From Raillietiella orientalis (taxonomy: Eukaryota), in NCBI GenBank assembly GCA_036172245.1, contig JAYWIR010000002.1:2790001-2854000 (forward strand): a DNA stretch of 64,000 nucleotides. The letters run 5' to 3'. Shown here piece by piece: positions 1 to 15,020 of this stretch (positions within the stretch are counted from its first letter, which is position 1; each line of letters opens with the position of its first letter). The notes below the pieces were generated by a model. The model ran no database searches and was not told the DNA's origin. It saw nothing but the letters and a program-made list of their open reading frames with translations. Both the position numbers and the translations under genes were made by a program.

Positions 1-3000
1 CAGTGCAACTTTACTTACTCCAAGAAGCCGATCTCCTATAACTATGGCTCCTTGAGAGGCAGCTGCTGATTCAGGCTCAATCCTTGATACATATACTCCT
101 GATTCTAAGCTTAGACCAAGTGACTTATCATTCTTGGCTGACAACTACCCAATTTAACATGAAATTGGTGCACACAAGAAGATTCCTACCTCAACATGAA
201 GTACATGTGAGTGACACACATGCCTGTGCCGTTGCAGAAGCACCTGCACAGGCATAGGAGAATTGCAGATGGCACTGAACACAGCTTGCGAGTCACAAGC
301 AGTGCACTTCTGTCCATTGACAGCCAATATGATATCATTTACTTGCAAAAATCCTTGCATAGGACTGTTCCAAGACAAAGCAGCAACAAGCAGAGGATCA
401 TTTGGTGAGATCCCATAACTAAGTTGGAGACCAGGTTGCTTTCTATCTGCAGATTTCTACACAATTTTTTTGTTCTCTGGATGTGCTTTTGAACTAACCA
501 AATTGAGGTGAACTACTATTTTCTCAAAAGTGCCTTCTAACATGGAATCCTTGAGAAGATGATTTGGAAACATACTAGACGCAAGACCCAGGGCCATTTT
601 CTCAGAATCCGTGTTTTCCCTAACAAAAAAATCCGAGCTCAGTAATTCATGAATCACATCATACTTGAGCTCCTGCAACTCCCGAAAGGCCTCATTACAC
701 TGACGTTTCAAATCATCGGTTTCCCGTAAAGATTCAGCTAGATCTGAAACAGCACGATCTCTTTCTTTCCTTAAACGATCACAAAGTGTGCGAATCGATT
801 CTCGCTCCTTCACAATTTTGTCACGTTCTACTAAGGCCCATTCCCGACGTCTTTTTGAGACTTCAGCTTCCTGCTGAAAGCCTGAAAGTAATGCCAAATA
901 TGAGTAACCCTTACTTTCGATAAAAACCTGTTAATTCAGTCTGTAATTTCTGTAACTGTTTATGCAATTTAGCTATTTCTTGATTGGCTAAATCTAAGTC
1001 ATCCAAGCGTTCCTCACGCAGACTCTCTCTTCGTGATAAAGAATCCAGACAATCTGCAGGCATGGCATCCCTATTCGAAAATAGTGATACTAATTTAATT
1101 TAAAAACATCATTTTTTTCATTCAAATTTTCCTAACTACAGCACTGACCTACTGTCTTTTCCCACTTCAGCCTCATTTCGACCTCTTTCCCAGTCAGGAA
1201 ATTCTCCTCGTCGATCTGTTTGTCCTCGTCTCTCCCTCAAAGTACCCAATTCTTTCAAGGCTCTATCTCGATCTTGAAGGGCTGATGTGATTTCACAATG
1301 CAGGGCTTCAATCTGCAAATGTAACTGAATCAAACTTAGATTATTATTACTTAATCAAACACTCATTGTTACCTCTTGAGAAGTTTCTTTGTTACGTAAC
1401 TCTAGATTCTGTACTCTTCGATTGGCTTGAGCTAGTTCTTCCTGCAGGCGTTCAATCTCCCGATGTACAGCATCCCTCTCAGACATAACTAAACGATATT
1501 CTTTGACTGCAGCATCCCTCTCTTCACCAAGTCGCCGTAATTCTTTTCCAGCCTTCAGCCTGATTGCCATAGCTTGATTTACTTCTTTAATAGCTTCTTC
1601 ATGCTGTTGTTGGGATTTGCCTAGCATTTCTTGTAATTCATTGCGTTGACGCAATGCTCTATCCCATTGTCGAATTGCACCAGAACATTGCTGCTGGAGT
1701 CCTAACTGTTCTTGCAATGCATGATTACGTTCTTCCTTTAGCTGTTCCAACTGCTGCTTTAATATGGCAGCATCTTTTTCACTGTCTTCGAAGTTTTTCA
1801 CAACAGTAGCATGGGATGTCATTAACTCAGCATAGCATTTTTTCAACTCTTCATGATCGGCTCTAAGGACTTCATATTTGCGCATAGTATTGATGTACAA
1901 TTGGTTTACAGTCTCTGCAGTGTCACTCAGCTGTGTATTGCTCTATTCAGACAAATGCATGGTTCATATTGTGTCACAACCTGTTGTTGATGGCAGAACT
2001 CATGTAATTCCTGAGGGCTCTCTTCATGTTTCTTTGGCATATCAACTTCCTGTTCTAAATGTTTTTCAATAAGTAAATCTTTATATTGATTATGAGTATT
2101 AAAAGATTTCTGGCCAGGATTTTCCTCACTACGAGGTAGCACTTCCTTAATTCCCTTCTTGAGGTAGTCTCCATCTTTTGCTATCATTTCAGTTTTTGCC
2201 AACTGCCTATCAAACGATGGTTTGCATTGAAATGAAAATGGCTCACTTTCTCAGAAATTGCAACTCCAGTAAATCACTATCTGGTTCATTCTGTTGTTGC
2301 TGAAGGAGCTCTTCATAATCTCTGCAGTTAGACAGGGTTGTATACTTATCAGTACTGTTTGGTGGCTTAGAAAATGCACCTATAACTCTTGAAGTAAATA
2401 GGTTTTACAAATCTGCATACCTTGTTTATTGGGATTTCCTTCAAACTGTCTGTTTACCAAAGGCAATCTATTATAAATGCCTTCTTTGGACGCATTTTTA
2501 TTAAAGCTCCGATGCATCATTTCCCAATCATGACTGATAAACTTGAAAAATTTAATATTTTAGATAAGATAGAAAAATTTGACATTTGTATTTTGCACAT
2601 ATTACAAATGTTATACAAAAAAGGAAACAAAAAGTAACAGGTCAAGGTACTCGAATTTTTTTTTTTTTTTTTACAATAAGAAAGAAAATTACATGGAGAA
2701 ACATGAATTCAAAACACTTTTGAAATATCCATCTTTAATTACCAATTGTAAAACATGTGCCATGGTAATATATTTTCAAATCTGATATGTAAAATAATAT
2801 CAATCAAAATAAATAAAATAGAATAAAAATCATTATCTCAAAGTGATCATGAAGTATGTATCAAAAAGATAGGGAAATCTGAATTGTAAATTTGAATCCA
2901 GATTCAGATGTGAACCAAACCTAGGCTTTCTATTAAGGCATCCAATATCATTAACAAATATAAAATTTCAGAAAAATTTTCACAAATGCTAAATCAGTGC

Positions 3001-3979
3001 ATGCAATACAATTTTAAAACTACAATCATTTCAGTGAATAAATGATACATCTAAAAGCATTAAAATTCATAAAATTCTTCACCTTCAACTCTGCTTTAAC
3101 AAATGCTAAATTGCTGTGCTCAAGGTCATATTCTGAAGAGGTCTGTGAACAGAATTCACCTGAAACATGCCATTATCGAAATAACAAATACATGAATACT
3201 GATTCTTGGAAAATTAGTTCATTTTGAAAGTGAATATGCATTACACAAAAATTGAAGCAATGAACCTTTTTCATCCAAATAAATGATGAAAAAACACAAA
3301 ACATATTCAAAAATTAAAAAAGAAGGTACAAAAATACGTGAAAGAAGAACTGCCAGTCCAATAGCAGAGGGAATGTGGAAGAAAAGCAAACAAAAAAAAC
3401 ACACACAAAACATTCGTTTTAATGGAGGGAGCTTATTTGAACAAAGGGGAAATGAGTTACTATTCATGAAGGCACACACTGATTCTACACTACAAAATAC
3501 AAGTAATTTAACTTCATGCAAAATTAAGCAACAGGTAAAAACTGTAATTCAAATGATATTGAAAGAATTAAACCATAAATTTACATAGATAAATAGACAT
3601 GTTAAAGGCTCTAAATTATTACAAAAAAATAATTACCCATTGTACTTTTGTTCACCTTTTGACTTTCTAAAAACATTTCTGTCAATAAATGAGGATATGT
3701 ATTTTCTAGTGCCAAACAAAGTATCTGAAAAAACTGACTACTTTTTGTGGGCAAAATATCCAATAAGCATTCAACTCTGAAAGAACAATTTGCATTCAAC
3801 GGAAAATTCAATACTTAATTATACTTTGCTCCATTAGATGATGCTTCATGAATGAATTCAATGTCTTTAGGAGACAAAATGTCGCTTGCTTGCAAAATAG
3901 GAATTATTTTTTCAACATCTATGCATTGTACAAATTTGCTTCTATAAATTTTTAATAATTTATAATGTTTTTCTTCCAT
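1..3979 (-). CDS. DLG5: Discs large homolog 5 (DLG5, MAGUK scaffold), 5' portion: CARD, long coiled coil and first PDZ region; multi-exon, continues beyond the left edge
   Basis: ATG at 3979 begins a CARD-like segment (MEEKHYKLLKIYRSKFVQCIDVEKIIPILQASDILS...K|VECLLDILPTKSSQFFQILCLALENTYPHLLTEMFL). Coiled-coil exons follow with DLG5-typical text (AVKEYRLVMSERDAVHREIERLQEEL; REWALVERDKIVKERESIRTLCDRLRKERDRAVSDLAESLRETDD), then a PDZ-like segment (GFLQVNDIILAVNG) near 154-378. Short GT-AG introns join the pieces. Confidence 0.93.
1373..1931 (-). CDS. DLG5: DLG5 large coiled-coil exon (boundaries approximate)
   Basis: Open heptad-rich frame (track ORF 1355..1900) bounded by a tacacag acceptor and a GTAACA donor. 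Confidence 0.75.
3637..3776 (-). CDS. DLG5: DLG5 coding exon 2 (CARD C-half)
   Basis: Acceptor at 3777-3778, peptide VECLLDILPTK...YPHLLTEMFL, probable donor GTAATT at 3636 (an alternative donor near 3655 is possible). Confidence 0.7.
3825..3979 (-). CDS. DLG5: DLG5 coding exon 1 (CARD N-half)
   Basis: ATG 3979 to donor GTATAA at 3824; the 48-bp intron 3777-3824 ends in ttctttcag and restores frame (AA|A = Lys, then VECLL). Confidence 0.8.
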
Positions 3980-6900
3980 ATTATTTTGCCACGAATGAGA
4001 AAAGCACTCAAAAACCAAAGCTACATTATCAACTGCACTGAAATGAACATGAAACAAAAAAAATAAAAACAGTAAATTAACAATGAAAGATCTTCTTTCT
4101 CTCCACTGAACTAAGAACTTATCAGATCGGCGTTTTTGTGATTAAATATTCAACACAGTTGCCTACTCATATTACACGTACTGAAGTAATCTCCATGATC
4201 AAAACATCCCCATAATGATATTACACTGCGCAATTCAAAACTTTTGTCATGTTATCTTTACTATTACATCACGTCCGCATAAAACTGTATCAATTTATGT
4301 TAGTTTACATTTTAATTGTACTTATGAACACCGTATTTATGCATGTTTCTTTTAATAAACAACTATCTTTTCTTTAAAAAATACATATTATTCATCTAAA
4401 CTTATCACCGGTATTTGCTTCAAATACACTATTGGAATTTTTTATTAAAAAAATATAATTAGAACCCTCCTCATGCATAGAATTTCAAAAACATAATCGC
4501 ATTACCTGATTTGTTACGTAACTCAACTGCACAGCATATATTTTTGTCTATTTAGATTTCTTTTAATTCCATACATAATATGGAAAGCAATCCTTCCAAA
4601 AAATAAACCAAACCTTCACATTAAGTGATCATTTATGGAAACTCCTAATTTCAGAAAATCATTGCATGTTTACAATACTTGTGTTCCAATGAACACACTG
4701 AAGCACACACACATTTGAACTGCCTACACACTTCGCTTATGGAAATGCAAGAAAACTTGTTATACATTGAGCGGTTTCATATGTAATAAAAAGAAAGAAT
4801 TGTATAGAAAGTTCGGATTATTCTATTATGAAAACTGATATCCGAAATCATAAGAACACGTTATCACGGTACAAATATCAGTGAAATGCATTCTTTGCGG
4901 TTTTGATAAATAATGAAAACAAATCTCAATTTATGTCTCAATTTATGTTTAAAGAGTAAGCACGTATTCATAATCTTAGTAAAAATATAATGCTTTCAAA
5001 AATAGTTCTTGAAGGCAAGGTTTTCAATTACTTTGTAAAATTAAGGTTTCTTCACTATAAGAATGCTCATCATAAATAAAATAATTAGCAAATTTACGCA
5101 TACACTAAATTCGTAATTGCTTAATTGTCCAATCGGCATTAGTTCCCACTTTTGACAAGCAGGCCATCGTTCCCAATATCAATCTCTAAAATTGAACAGA
5201 AATCTTTACAAAAATTTCTGTTCAATACAGTCTGAAAAGCATCTGTATATAAATACAACATAGCTACACTTTCGTAAGAATGCACATCGTATCACACCAT
5301 TTTGATAGACGTTTTTTATAAAGTGCAAGAAATCCAGAGGGAAACCTTTTACGTTAAAAAAACACCAAACCGAAAATATCTTAATATCATTCTTGAGGAG
5401 AAGGTAATTAATTTCCTTTTTTTGTTAATTACAAATAAAAAAGTATGAAAGAACTGCCTTCAAAGTCATGAAAATATGTCCAATTCATCAGAATGCATCA
5501 AATTTTTGGATAACCGGCTATTCTTAAGCTAGTGAACTATTGTCTGAGTTTTAACAAACTCTGTCATGAGGATATCAACACCTTATTTATAAATAAAACT
5601 CATTGAAGAAAGTCAATGCTTAATTGGTTAATTTCAGATAGTTTCAAATAACAAGAGTCACTGTCAATCCCTGTAAATAGCAAATGTCGATAAGATGCTA
5701 TGAAATTATGATTAAATTTTTAATCAGCCTTCAATAATCGATGATTAATTGATATTTATTCTACTGACTTTAATCAGCTACTGAGGATAATTACATGATT
5801 TTTCAAACCAATTTTTCATTAAATGATTTGTATTCCCATTTCACCTCCATCAGTAGTTGCATTCCAGTTTTCTCTGATTGTTCATTATTATCGTTTAATT
5901 GTTTACTAATCAATTTTGGTTGTAACGTCTTTCGTTTGCGTGCCTATTCAGAATAACAACTAGTGTGAATTTACTTTTATTTCCTAAATGCCAGCACGTG
6001 ATGAATTTGAGCAATTATTTACTTTTAGCAATTTATATTTGATAGAATTTTTCAATTGAATTCTATCAAATAGTTCTTCAATTATTGCAACAATTACTTG
6101 AATTTACTTACCCTTAAATTTAGATGACTCTTTAAATGTAAAACCGTGTTCCTCGCTCCCTAATTATCAATTATATTTTTTCTGTTGTTTCTTTTAGATT
6201 ATTACAGTTGCTTGAAATAAGCAAATCTCTAACCAAAAAGAAAAGTATCTCCTATAATACAGAAACCAAAAGGGATTTAATATGTATAATCTTTCGGTGC
6301 GTACTTAGGTATAACAAAGTGTAAACCACGATTTTCGTTTAAAAGCAATCGTGAATCTTTAAAGATCACTTATTTCTTATGCGGATCCCAATTTTGAAGA
6401 ATTCTCATATACGGTTATACAATACATATAATACTTATATTTATTGTATACAGCAGCTTAACTGTAGCGCTTCAACATTTTTGAACTTCATAGATGAACA
6501 CAAAAAACTATTTAGAAATTATTTCTATTTCCAATCGATCAGTGAGAATCAAGGATTGTTTAGAAGTTTGTGATAATAGGTGTTCGTCTATAAGATTAAG
6601 TTAAAATTTTCATCGTTCCATGCATTGAAGCAAATACAAAAGACTGTTTTACCCATGTTCAATTCTCCTTGTACACATGATAACGAATGGAAAAGCCTGG
6701 AGCTGAGTACGAAATTCATATACAGGAAATAGTGCTGCTCTCTTATCTCTGTTGACTTTCGTCAACTAGGTTAGACTTCTGTTATTCAGATGCAATATGG
6801 ATTGCTCTCAATTGCAAACTGAATTTGATGTTCACGTATTTTTTATATCGACGTTTCTATGTTATTCTTTTATGATTTTAATTTGATTTTCTTTCTTTTT

Positions 6901-9900
6901 GTATTTTCTCTTTGTAGCAACTTTATAATACAATTCACTGATATGGAATTCGCAAATTCCAAATGCATTCTCACATGCTGAAACCTAAAACTTCTGTGGA
7001 TGAAAGTGTTCTGTTTACGACCACATTAGCAGTTAAGTGTGGTGTTTTTGAACGTGCAGCAAGTAGGAGTTTTTTTAAGAAGCTTTTCAAATTTCATAAT
7101 ATACACATCTTATGAATAGAAGTAAATTGCCTTGAATGAATTCCGCATCAATGTTTTCGGTTTCTTGAAATAGTTTCGTTGAACAAACTCAAATGCTTTC
7201 TCTACTGGAAGATCACTCAATGAATTTGGTATTTTTGATTACTTTCCATAATGATTAAAAACTTCGCGTACGTTGAATTCTCGATGTTTAGGGGAAAAAA
7301 TCAGTCAGATATCAAGAGTCATCACATTTATTTTGTGCTTTTTATTTATTGAGTCATTCAATGTTGAATGATTGGGTGTTTGTTGAAACCAAAATTTGTT
7401 TCTAGAAAAAATTTGCTCTGTTGATCAAGTACTTTATAACGTGAAAAGACAGCGCATTAACCATGCAGCTTGCATTTTGTAATGTTTTCATGCAATACAT
7501 TTTTTGCCTTTTACTGGGTATTTTTGTTACTCGAAAAGTGTTTGCAATTTCATAAACCAAACAGAAGAGACCAAACAGAGAGGTGGATCTGTTTCGTCAC
7601 TGTCGTTGTCTTCCTATTCTGTTAATCTAACGAATGTGTTACTTTCAACATAGCAAGCCCTGAGTGCCGCATGGTCGATCTTCGAAAACGTCACATTGCC
7701 ATCCCACTATTAATTAGTGAAAACATCTGTGAAGTGTACAATGTTTCCCATTTAGGTTACACCTGCTAGCCATGTACACGTGTCATCCAAAGTATTTTGA
7801 TGAATTCATATCATAGACATAACAATACCAAATGTTAGAATCTCAAGTTATTTTTTAAGTATCTTATTGGAATTCGTATTTGGTCACCATGAAAGGTGAC
7901 CAAATGCCGATTCAAAAATGCACATTCGAGTTAAAAAGTATAGGAAAATAAGCGTATGAGTATGTAAGGTTAGGTACGAAGACAGTTTGTGACAATTCTT
8001 TATACAGCAATGGTGAGCTGAAATGCGACGAGCAAAGGTTATGCATTGTTTTATTTTACTCAAGGAGTTTGGAAAATGTAATCATGCATAACTCAAACTT
8101 AGGGATAAGCATTTTGCATGCGTGTATCTGTAAGTTTCAGAAATTCGTATCTCTAAATTTGCAGGTATGTAATTTTATTTTAACAAACGTTTACCGTAAA
8201 AAAAAAAAAAACACTAAATATGCAGTTACTGCATTGTGAAAGAGCGATAGAGATATTTTTGTGTTGATCCATGTAAAGTCGGTTTACAACTTTATGCTAG
8301 AAAACTAAAAGTACCAATTCAGAGTCTGCGAATATAGTTGCCAGTAATGTAGTTTCACCGTAATCTGAATAATTGCAAAGGCGGACTTTTGATATTCTCT
8401 TGAGTACATGAAATATTTTTCTCATGTTGTATATATTTATATGCGAAAATTCAAGTAAAGAACGACTTTTGAAAATGTGGTTGGTTCAAAATGGCAGGAA
8501 GTAAGCTGAAATAGTGGGAAGTCTGTACTTTATTCTGACGTTTCAAGCCTGTAATGTGTCTCTTGGATTCTCATAACAAATAAACAAGTACATTTAATTA
8601 TTTTTTGTTGATTATGCTCAGAGAAATGGCAAGGTTCTACTGCATAAAAGAGTAAGTAAAAGATAAGGATACTTAAGGATACCTTATTGTTGAGAAAAGT
8701 GAATATTCTCTATTGCTCAGGGAATTCAGTACCTTGCATAATCTTCCTTGTAGATATTGAAAGCTTTGCAGCGATTTTTGTTTTTAGAATGCACCATTAT
8801 TACTTACTAGGAATGATGTACTAGGAATGAAACTAAACATAGATGATTTGAATCATGAGAACACTTACCGTGTTTTCAGAGTTAAGACTTTTTTCTTCCT
8901 ACATTCTTGGTTTTACACTAATAGATTTTTGTTGGGTATTAACTTGTGTTTTTTCCCATAAAAGGATTTATTGTTACAGAAGTCTTGGTGTATCCAGCAT
9001 AACTGCACATTTTGGTTCTGCATCAAGTAAAATATAATTTAATGTTCTAATGGTCACAGATGAAAAATTGACCATCTGTTTTATGCAAATACTTTCTGCT
9101 GTAAAAACATTAATCAAATGAATTTTAGTCCATTTTGCAGCATTCAAATTTTGGTGAAAATCATTAGACCAGAAAAGGCAACATTCATGATTCAAAATAT
9201 GGAAAAAGTTCTGACAGCTTGCTTTGTATATCAACAAGACTAGAACCCTGTAACCTAAATGTTGAAGGATATTCTAAATTGTAATAAAATGCAAATTTAG
9301 TGAAGATATATACGTATATTTTTTTCAGAGAAGTTCCCTAATTATTTTATTCATTAGGATCAGCATTCTCATAGTGAAAATTTTTCATTGCCAAAGTACT
9401 AGTAAATTGTGAATCCTTGTTTTTATGATTTCCCCTGATTGTAATGCAGAATACCTGTAAGCTACACTTTTAATAAAGCTATTAAATTTCTTTGGAAACC
9501 GTATTGTACTTCTGTCAGTTTCACAAAAACATAAACAATTTGTAGCTAAAGTTTTCGCCTTGTCCTTGTGTTATAGTTAAGTGTTTCCTGTTATCAAAGA
9601 GTATTTATTCTGATTCTTTATCTTGAAATTTAGCAGAGTGCAAAATTTTCAGCTTTAGTAAATAAAGGCTAAGGTTTTCTCAAGTGTTAATGGTTTCATC
9701 AAAGCTTCATTTATATTTTCTTGTCGACAGTAAACAAATTACCCTTAAAGGGTTAAATTTGATGCACCTTTTTTGTGTCGCAGCAATGTTTTGAAAAACT
9801 TTGTAAGGCAGGCATTCAAACAAGATACAAAATAGGGAAATGCATCCAAGACGATAAAATTCGTTTCATTCTGCCGGATTTCTTTACCGATGTTTATTTT

Positions 9901-12900
9901 TAAAAATCTTTGAGAACTAAATTGGTAAATTTTCACTTTGAGTTGAGATTAAGCAGCAAAAAAGATGCAGCTTATTTTTTATAACTTGGGTTAAAATTGC
10001 ATCTATAACAAGAACCGTAATTATTGATGGAAGGCAAGATCAAAGTCAGTAATGATGGTTGTTTGGAGCGATTCGAAATGTGCTCAGGTTTCGAGTTCCA
10101 TTTATCATCCTTGGTTGGACTGAAGGACAGTATTTGGGAATAAGTTTTCGAGAGATTGTCTTCTCAGGATAGAAATCTTGAAAGACCAGTCTTGCGTTAT
10201 TTCGCATTTTTAGTAGTAAGTGATCTCTGCATTAGAAAACTTTTGTATATTCCCCCCTCCCCCTCGCAACCATTTCGGAAGCTTGCAAATCTTAAACCTC
10301 ACTTTAATCAGACCTCCGATCTTTAATCTCGAATTTGCTTGTGATTTCATCTTTGGGTTACGTTGACTTTTGAAAACAGCGCAGTGGAGTTTTTATCGGG
10401 TGCTGACCAAATAGGTGACCACAAGTGTTTGCATGTGGGTGAAAAGCATGCGAGGTGTTAGCCAAGCAGACAGACAGACCTTTATGATACCAAAAGATTC
10501 GCAAACCAATAATTGAAATGTGAAAGAAAATGATGAAGGTAAACGGAAAGTTCTTATGCTTGTGGAATAAAAAATAGTCGTCTTATGGCAATTTATATTT
10601 GACCGTAGAACGGAAGCGCACCGAATAATCGCAAGCAATTCCTATCACCCTTCAAATTGTTCGAAGAACAGTTTCAGGGATGACCGATTTTTTTTTCCCC
10701 TCGTCGGCTGATTTTCCTTTGCTCACGCAGTTTCCCGGCATTTCAGCCTCATCCCGTAATGTTACTTCATGGAACACTCGAAATGTACCGAACCTCGGGA
10801 ATGGGAGCGTAGCAATGTGAACACTGAAGCCCACTCGTGACGTATGTGTTCATTAACATCGTACAGCCTTTTACACGCAGTAGCGCCGCGCGTACCTCTG
10901 TTTTCATTCGGGTATATCGTTAAAGTGTACATTACAGGTGAGTATTTCTAATGGGAAGTGGTTTTTGAATCTAAAAAAAAAAATTCGATTCCGTTTTCGC
11001 GGACGTGATCGAATATGCTCGTATGTAGTGGATTCCTATGTAACGAAGGCGGCGTATGCCATAAGAGTGGACTCGTCGACTGCCGAGAAGAAGCACGTTT
11101 CGTTTGTGAAAGAAGCGATTCATCTCATCCTGAGGAACTCGATCTCCGTAAATGTCTTGTAGGGAAGCAGTTTCGGAAACTCGTTGCTTAGGAAAGGGAT
11201 TTGTGCTGTTCTCACAGGCAGCACGAAGACGGATCAGTGATGTGAAGAAATGGATCACCGTCTCCGGATGCTGATAATAACTGTTCGTGTTCTGATAACT
11301 ATTCATGTGCATCATCAAGCCGATGCTGAGCGTATCGAGATCAGGTGTGCGGAAGCCAGTAAGGATCAAAAGCAAAAGATTCCTTGACGTTAGCATGATT
11401 GCGTATCGTGTTTTGCAACCAAACAGGGAAGAGTAATCTGGAACTGGGGTGGCATTTCTGCTCAACTTTTCCATCGTGTGTTGAATCATAAATTTCCTTT
11501 CCCACAAGAGACTTTGCTTACGCAGCACTCACCCCCTAAGCTGTACCGGCCGTGTGTGCATTGGAGGTCACTACATTTTAGCCGAATTGCCGAAGATTGT
11601 TCACTCTTCAGATTCTTTTCATATTAGAGCTGGGATTTTTTTTTCTTTTTTTTTTTAAAAAAAGTGCATCTGTTACTCTTATGTTTTTGCACATTTGTCC
11701 AGAGAATTTCTTTCTTTGTCCTTGATTAATTTACTCTGCAGATCCATTAGTTTTCTTGGTCGTGAGACACAGTAGCATTTGAAAATCACAAGTTGGTTTT
11801 GTGCTGATGTAATTTTGTGCTGATACAGCTCGTTTTTTTTTTTTTTTTGTCGACAAATTATTAATTGTGAATTTACTTTTCAAGGGATGCGTGAAGGTGT
11901 CTCTGGAGTCCGCATTTTTTTTTTTCTTTCTGAGACGGAAATCGTTGTGCATGGTAATTAAGCAGCCTGCACTGAGGCGGTTCCGTGCAGCAAGTCCAGG
12001 GGCCAGTCCTCTGTGAATCTCGAATTAGAGCATAAAGTTTGTGTAACCAGCAGCATTACGTGTTTCCATCATGGTCCACAAGAGTTTGGTACGCTTGCAA
12101 AGTCATCAGGTGCAAACCGTTCCGTTTAGTGGAAACCGAGTTGAATTCGCTGTTGTGTGTGAATGTACCGTTTCCTTGTAGCTGCAAAGTGGCACACTTG
12201 ATGGATTTCATGAGATTCAGTGAGAATCAGTCATTCCGCGACCTCTTGCATGGTCTTCAATTGCTTCGGGAATGTTCAGGAGTCAGTCTTTGTGTCGGTT
12301 CTGCCACCGTTGTGTTGCCGACTTCGCTTAGGTGGTTCCTATTTACATTTGCGTGAGATATTTTTGATATCTGAGATGTTGAAGGACGTGCGTGTGTTTC
12401 TGAAGGTGTGAAACGAATCGTTCCGACGGTCGGATCCTATCTAACGCGTTGCAGCCACTCCAGCACAACAGCCAAGCCATGATTCCATGGTTCCCAATGT
12501 TTCGAATCTTGTGACCGTCGTTCGCTGCCTGAAGCCTTTCTTTAAATAGATAATGAATTTCTGATCAGCAAAGAATGTCCTCACTGGTGCTCGTTCTTGA
12601 CCCGGACATTTGATGGGTTTTCTTACAAGGTTCTGTTGGACAGCTTACCCAATTCCCGTACCCAAGACCGAACGACCTGAACGGATGGATGTTTCTTCTG
12701 TAAAAACCGAGCTTACAGTGTCTGTATGTATTTCGCTCCCAGACGTAGATGCTCTCGGATGAGATCTGCATGGCCATGTAAGTGTGTGTAGTCTAAGCAG
12801 TTCTATGACGTCACGTCGCACGATAAAGTGCATTTAAGAAAAAAACATCTAGAAAATTTGCAAGCGTCGGCTTTAAAAATTTGTCGGCTGCTGAAGGAAG

Positions 12901-14999
12901 GGGGAGAAGGGTGAGTGGGTGGGGTCTAAATTATAAGCTCATCCCGAACTTCTCCTCCGGAAACTCAGTTCTTGTCGATCCCTGGCTTCCTATAATCTCG
13001 AGTGGTTTTTCAAAAATGAATAATGTCGGCGCGTACGAAGACCCTCTTGCCGGTACGTGTCTATGATTCACTAGATCTAGCTGTGTCGCAATTCTGCAGT
13101 GTTTCCCTTGTTCTACTATCAACAGCAGCTGGTAAGGTGCTCCTCATCGGCACTGTTCCTTTCCGCCTCACATGACGAGAGTTCGTGAGCACGTGAGCGT
13201 TGGGAGAAACAGATGACTAAAAGGATTTTCCTTTCGGTCTCAGAAGAAAATGGGCCAATGGATCGCACCTTTGAAAGAGACTTCTAAACCCTGATGTTTG
13301 GAGGGAACAAATAATAGGAACACCGCTCACTTGATCTTGAATAGCTGTTGTTCCATTGACGTCGTGGCTATTGCAAATGAAATGCATTTGCTTTCTGGAA
13401 GCAGAAGCGAAGGATCCTGAGCTTTGCAGGCAATGAAAGAATTTGACCATCACAAACTCCGTGCTCAGCGACCAAGAGAACTTCGCAGTTCCTACCTGGA
13501 AGCTTGAGGACTTCGGTTTTTGCACACAGGATTCAGCGAAAGTACAGGTTTAAAACTGAAGCACCGTAGGTGGAGCTTCTCAGAAGGACCTTTAGCCTGA
13601 AGACCTCAAAAAGACCTCTTCAGAAGGACCTCTTGATCCCGGAGCTCTAGCTTCTAGGGAATTTTTAAGAGGAGGAGGGTTAGCACAAGCGCAGATCCTA
13701 GGGAGGATTTCGAGCTTTCAAGATGCGACTTCCTTGATGGAAAGGAGGAGTGGAGGAGAAGGAGGAGGAGGAGGGTATACTGGAATGTAACCGGAAAAAG
13801 CAGCTGCACTCATGACATTTCGAGCATCCGTAACGGGGTCATCGGGAGTTGCACGGCTTTCGTTGAAAACTGTTGCTAGGAGAGCTGCCTCAGGAAGAAG
13901 CAGGGGATAACATCGCTGTTTCCAAATTGAGTGGGATCACAGTGGCAGTTTTTCGATACCTGAGTAGTCATGGTGATCAAGAAAGTGCCTGCTTCCACGT
14001 GACCCTTTATTTGTTTTTCTTATCCACTTGAAACGATTTATTCTGTTTCAATGTTGTAATGTCCGGAACCCTGAGATGGCCAGCTTTCCCTCGGTTCGTG
14101 TCTCCTCGTTTATGACACGTAAAGATCTAAAGTTCAAGTGTTGGCGTCCAAGACAGGGGCACTCCCGCTTCATCCGTACCATAAAAACTTGCAGTTCGCC
14201 GTTTCTTTCCTAGCTGCGCGGATTTTCCCATTAGGAGAGCTCTGCTCTGTGTCCAGATCCACATCTTCACGGTCGGGAAATGAAGACGTGGCACCCTAAA
14301 GCACACAAGCACCTCTTTGGCTGCAAGACACGATGCACCTTGCCTGCGATCCAACCCAACCGACGAAGAGCTCGCTTTCTTCGGATGAACTTGGAGTTTT
14401 GGAGAGATTTGAAAGACGCGGATCGTTGCCCGGCCGAGAGTCGGAGAACAGTGCTCTGCACCTGTCGTCTCGTTTCTTGCAGATGTAGGGAGCACCAGCA
14501 GATGCACGGGTAGTTTTATTGAACGTCGCTCGTTCCATCCTCTTCAGTAAGGCGCCGTTCGGTTGTCATGCATGCGACACGTTAGATCCATCTGGTCTTT
14601 ATGAAGTTTTGGAGAAGAGTTCCCTTATCTGCGTTCGCATTTTTTCGGACTCATTTTTCTCCAGCAGTGTCAGAACTGTTGGAGTACTCCAATGCACTCT
14701 GTCTGTCCGGGGTGTTCTCGTTTGCATTTTTCGGCAATCTTCCCAGACGCCTCACTAGGAAATTTCCTGAAAACTTGGGAGTGTTCGTGAAAAACACGAA
14801 GTGAATCTGCATGCTTGCTCAAATGCCGCTAACGATCACGCATTTTTGCATGGGTTTCTTTCGTGCTTGCGTTGGTGTTTGTTCGTCGTAATGTTGTTTG
14901 TTTTCCGCCGTTCTGTCTACGCCCCCCAATTTGTGCTTTTCCAGGTCCACCTGACTCCCTGGCTGCTGTAGGTACTCCGCTGAGGTGCAATTGGAAGAC

Positions 15000-15020
15000 A
15001 TGTCGTTCTGGGACTCGAAG
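15000..15020 (+). CDS. Candidate PAPSS start-codon exon (MSFWDSK)
   Basis: ATG TCG TTC TGG GAC TCG AAG|GTAAAG is a phase-0 donor matching the phase-0 acceptor at 15703; an upstream acceptor ctttccag lies near 14944. Splice-signal evidence only. Confidence 0.35.

Noticed and set aside
10971-11528. 185-aa minus-strand ORF
   Set aside because: No recognisable domain or supporting splice structure; cannot be distinguished from chance.
13580-13633. Short degenerate tandem CAGAAGGACCT/AAGACCT repeats
   Set aside because: Only a few short units, consistent with slippage; no further structure.
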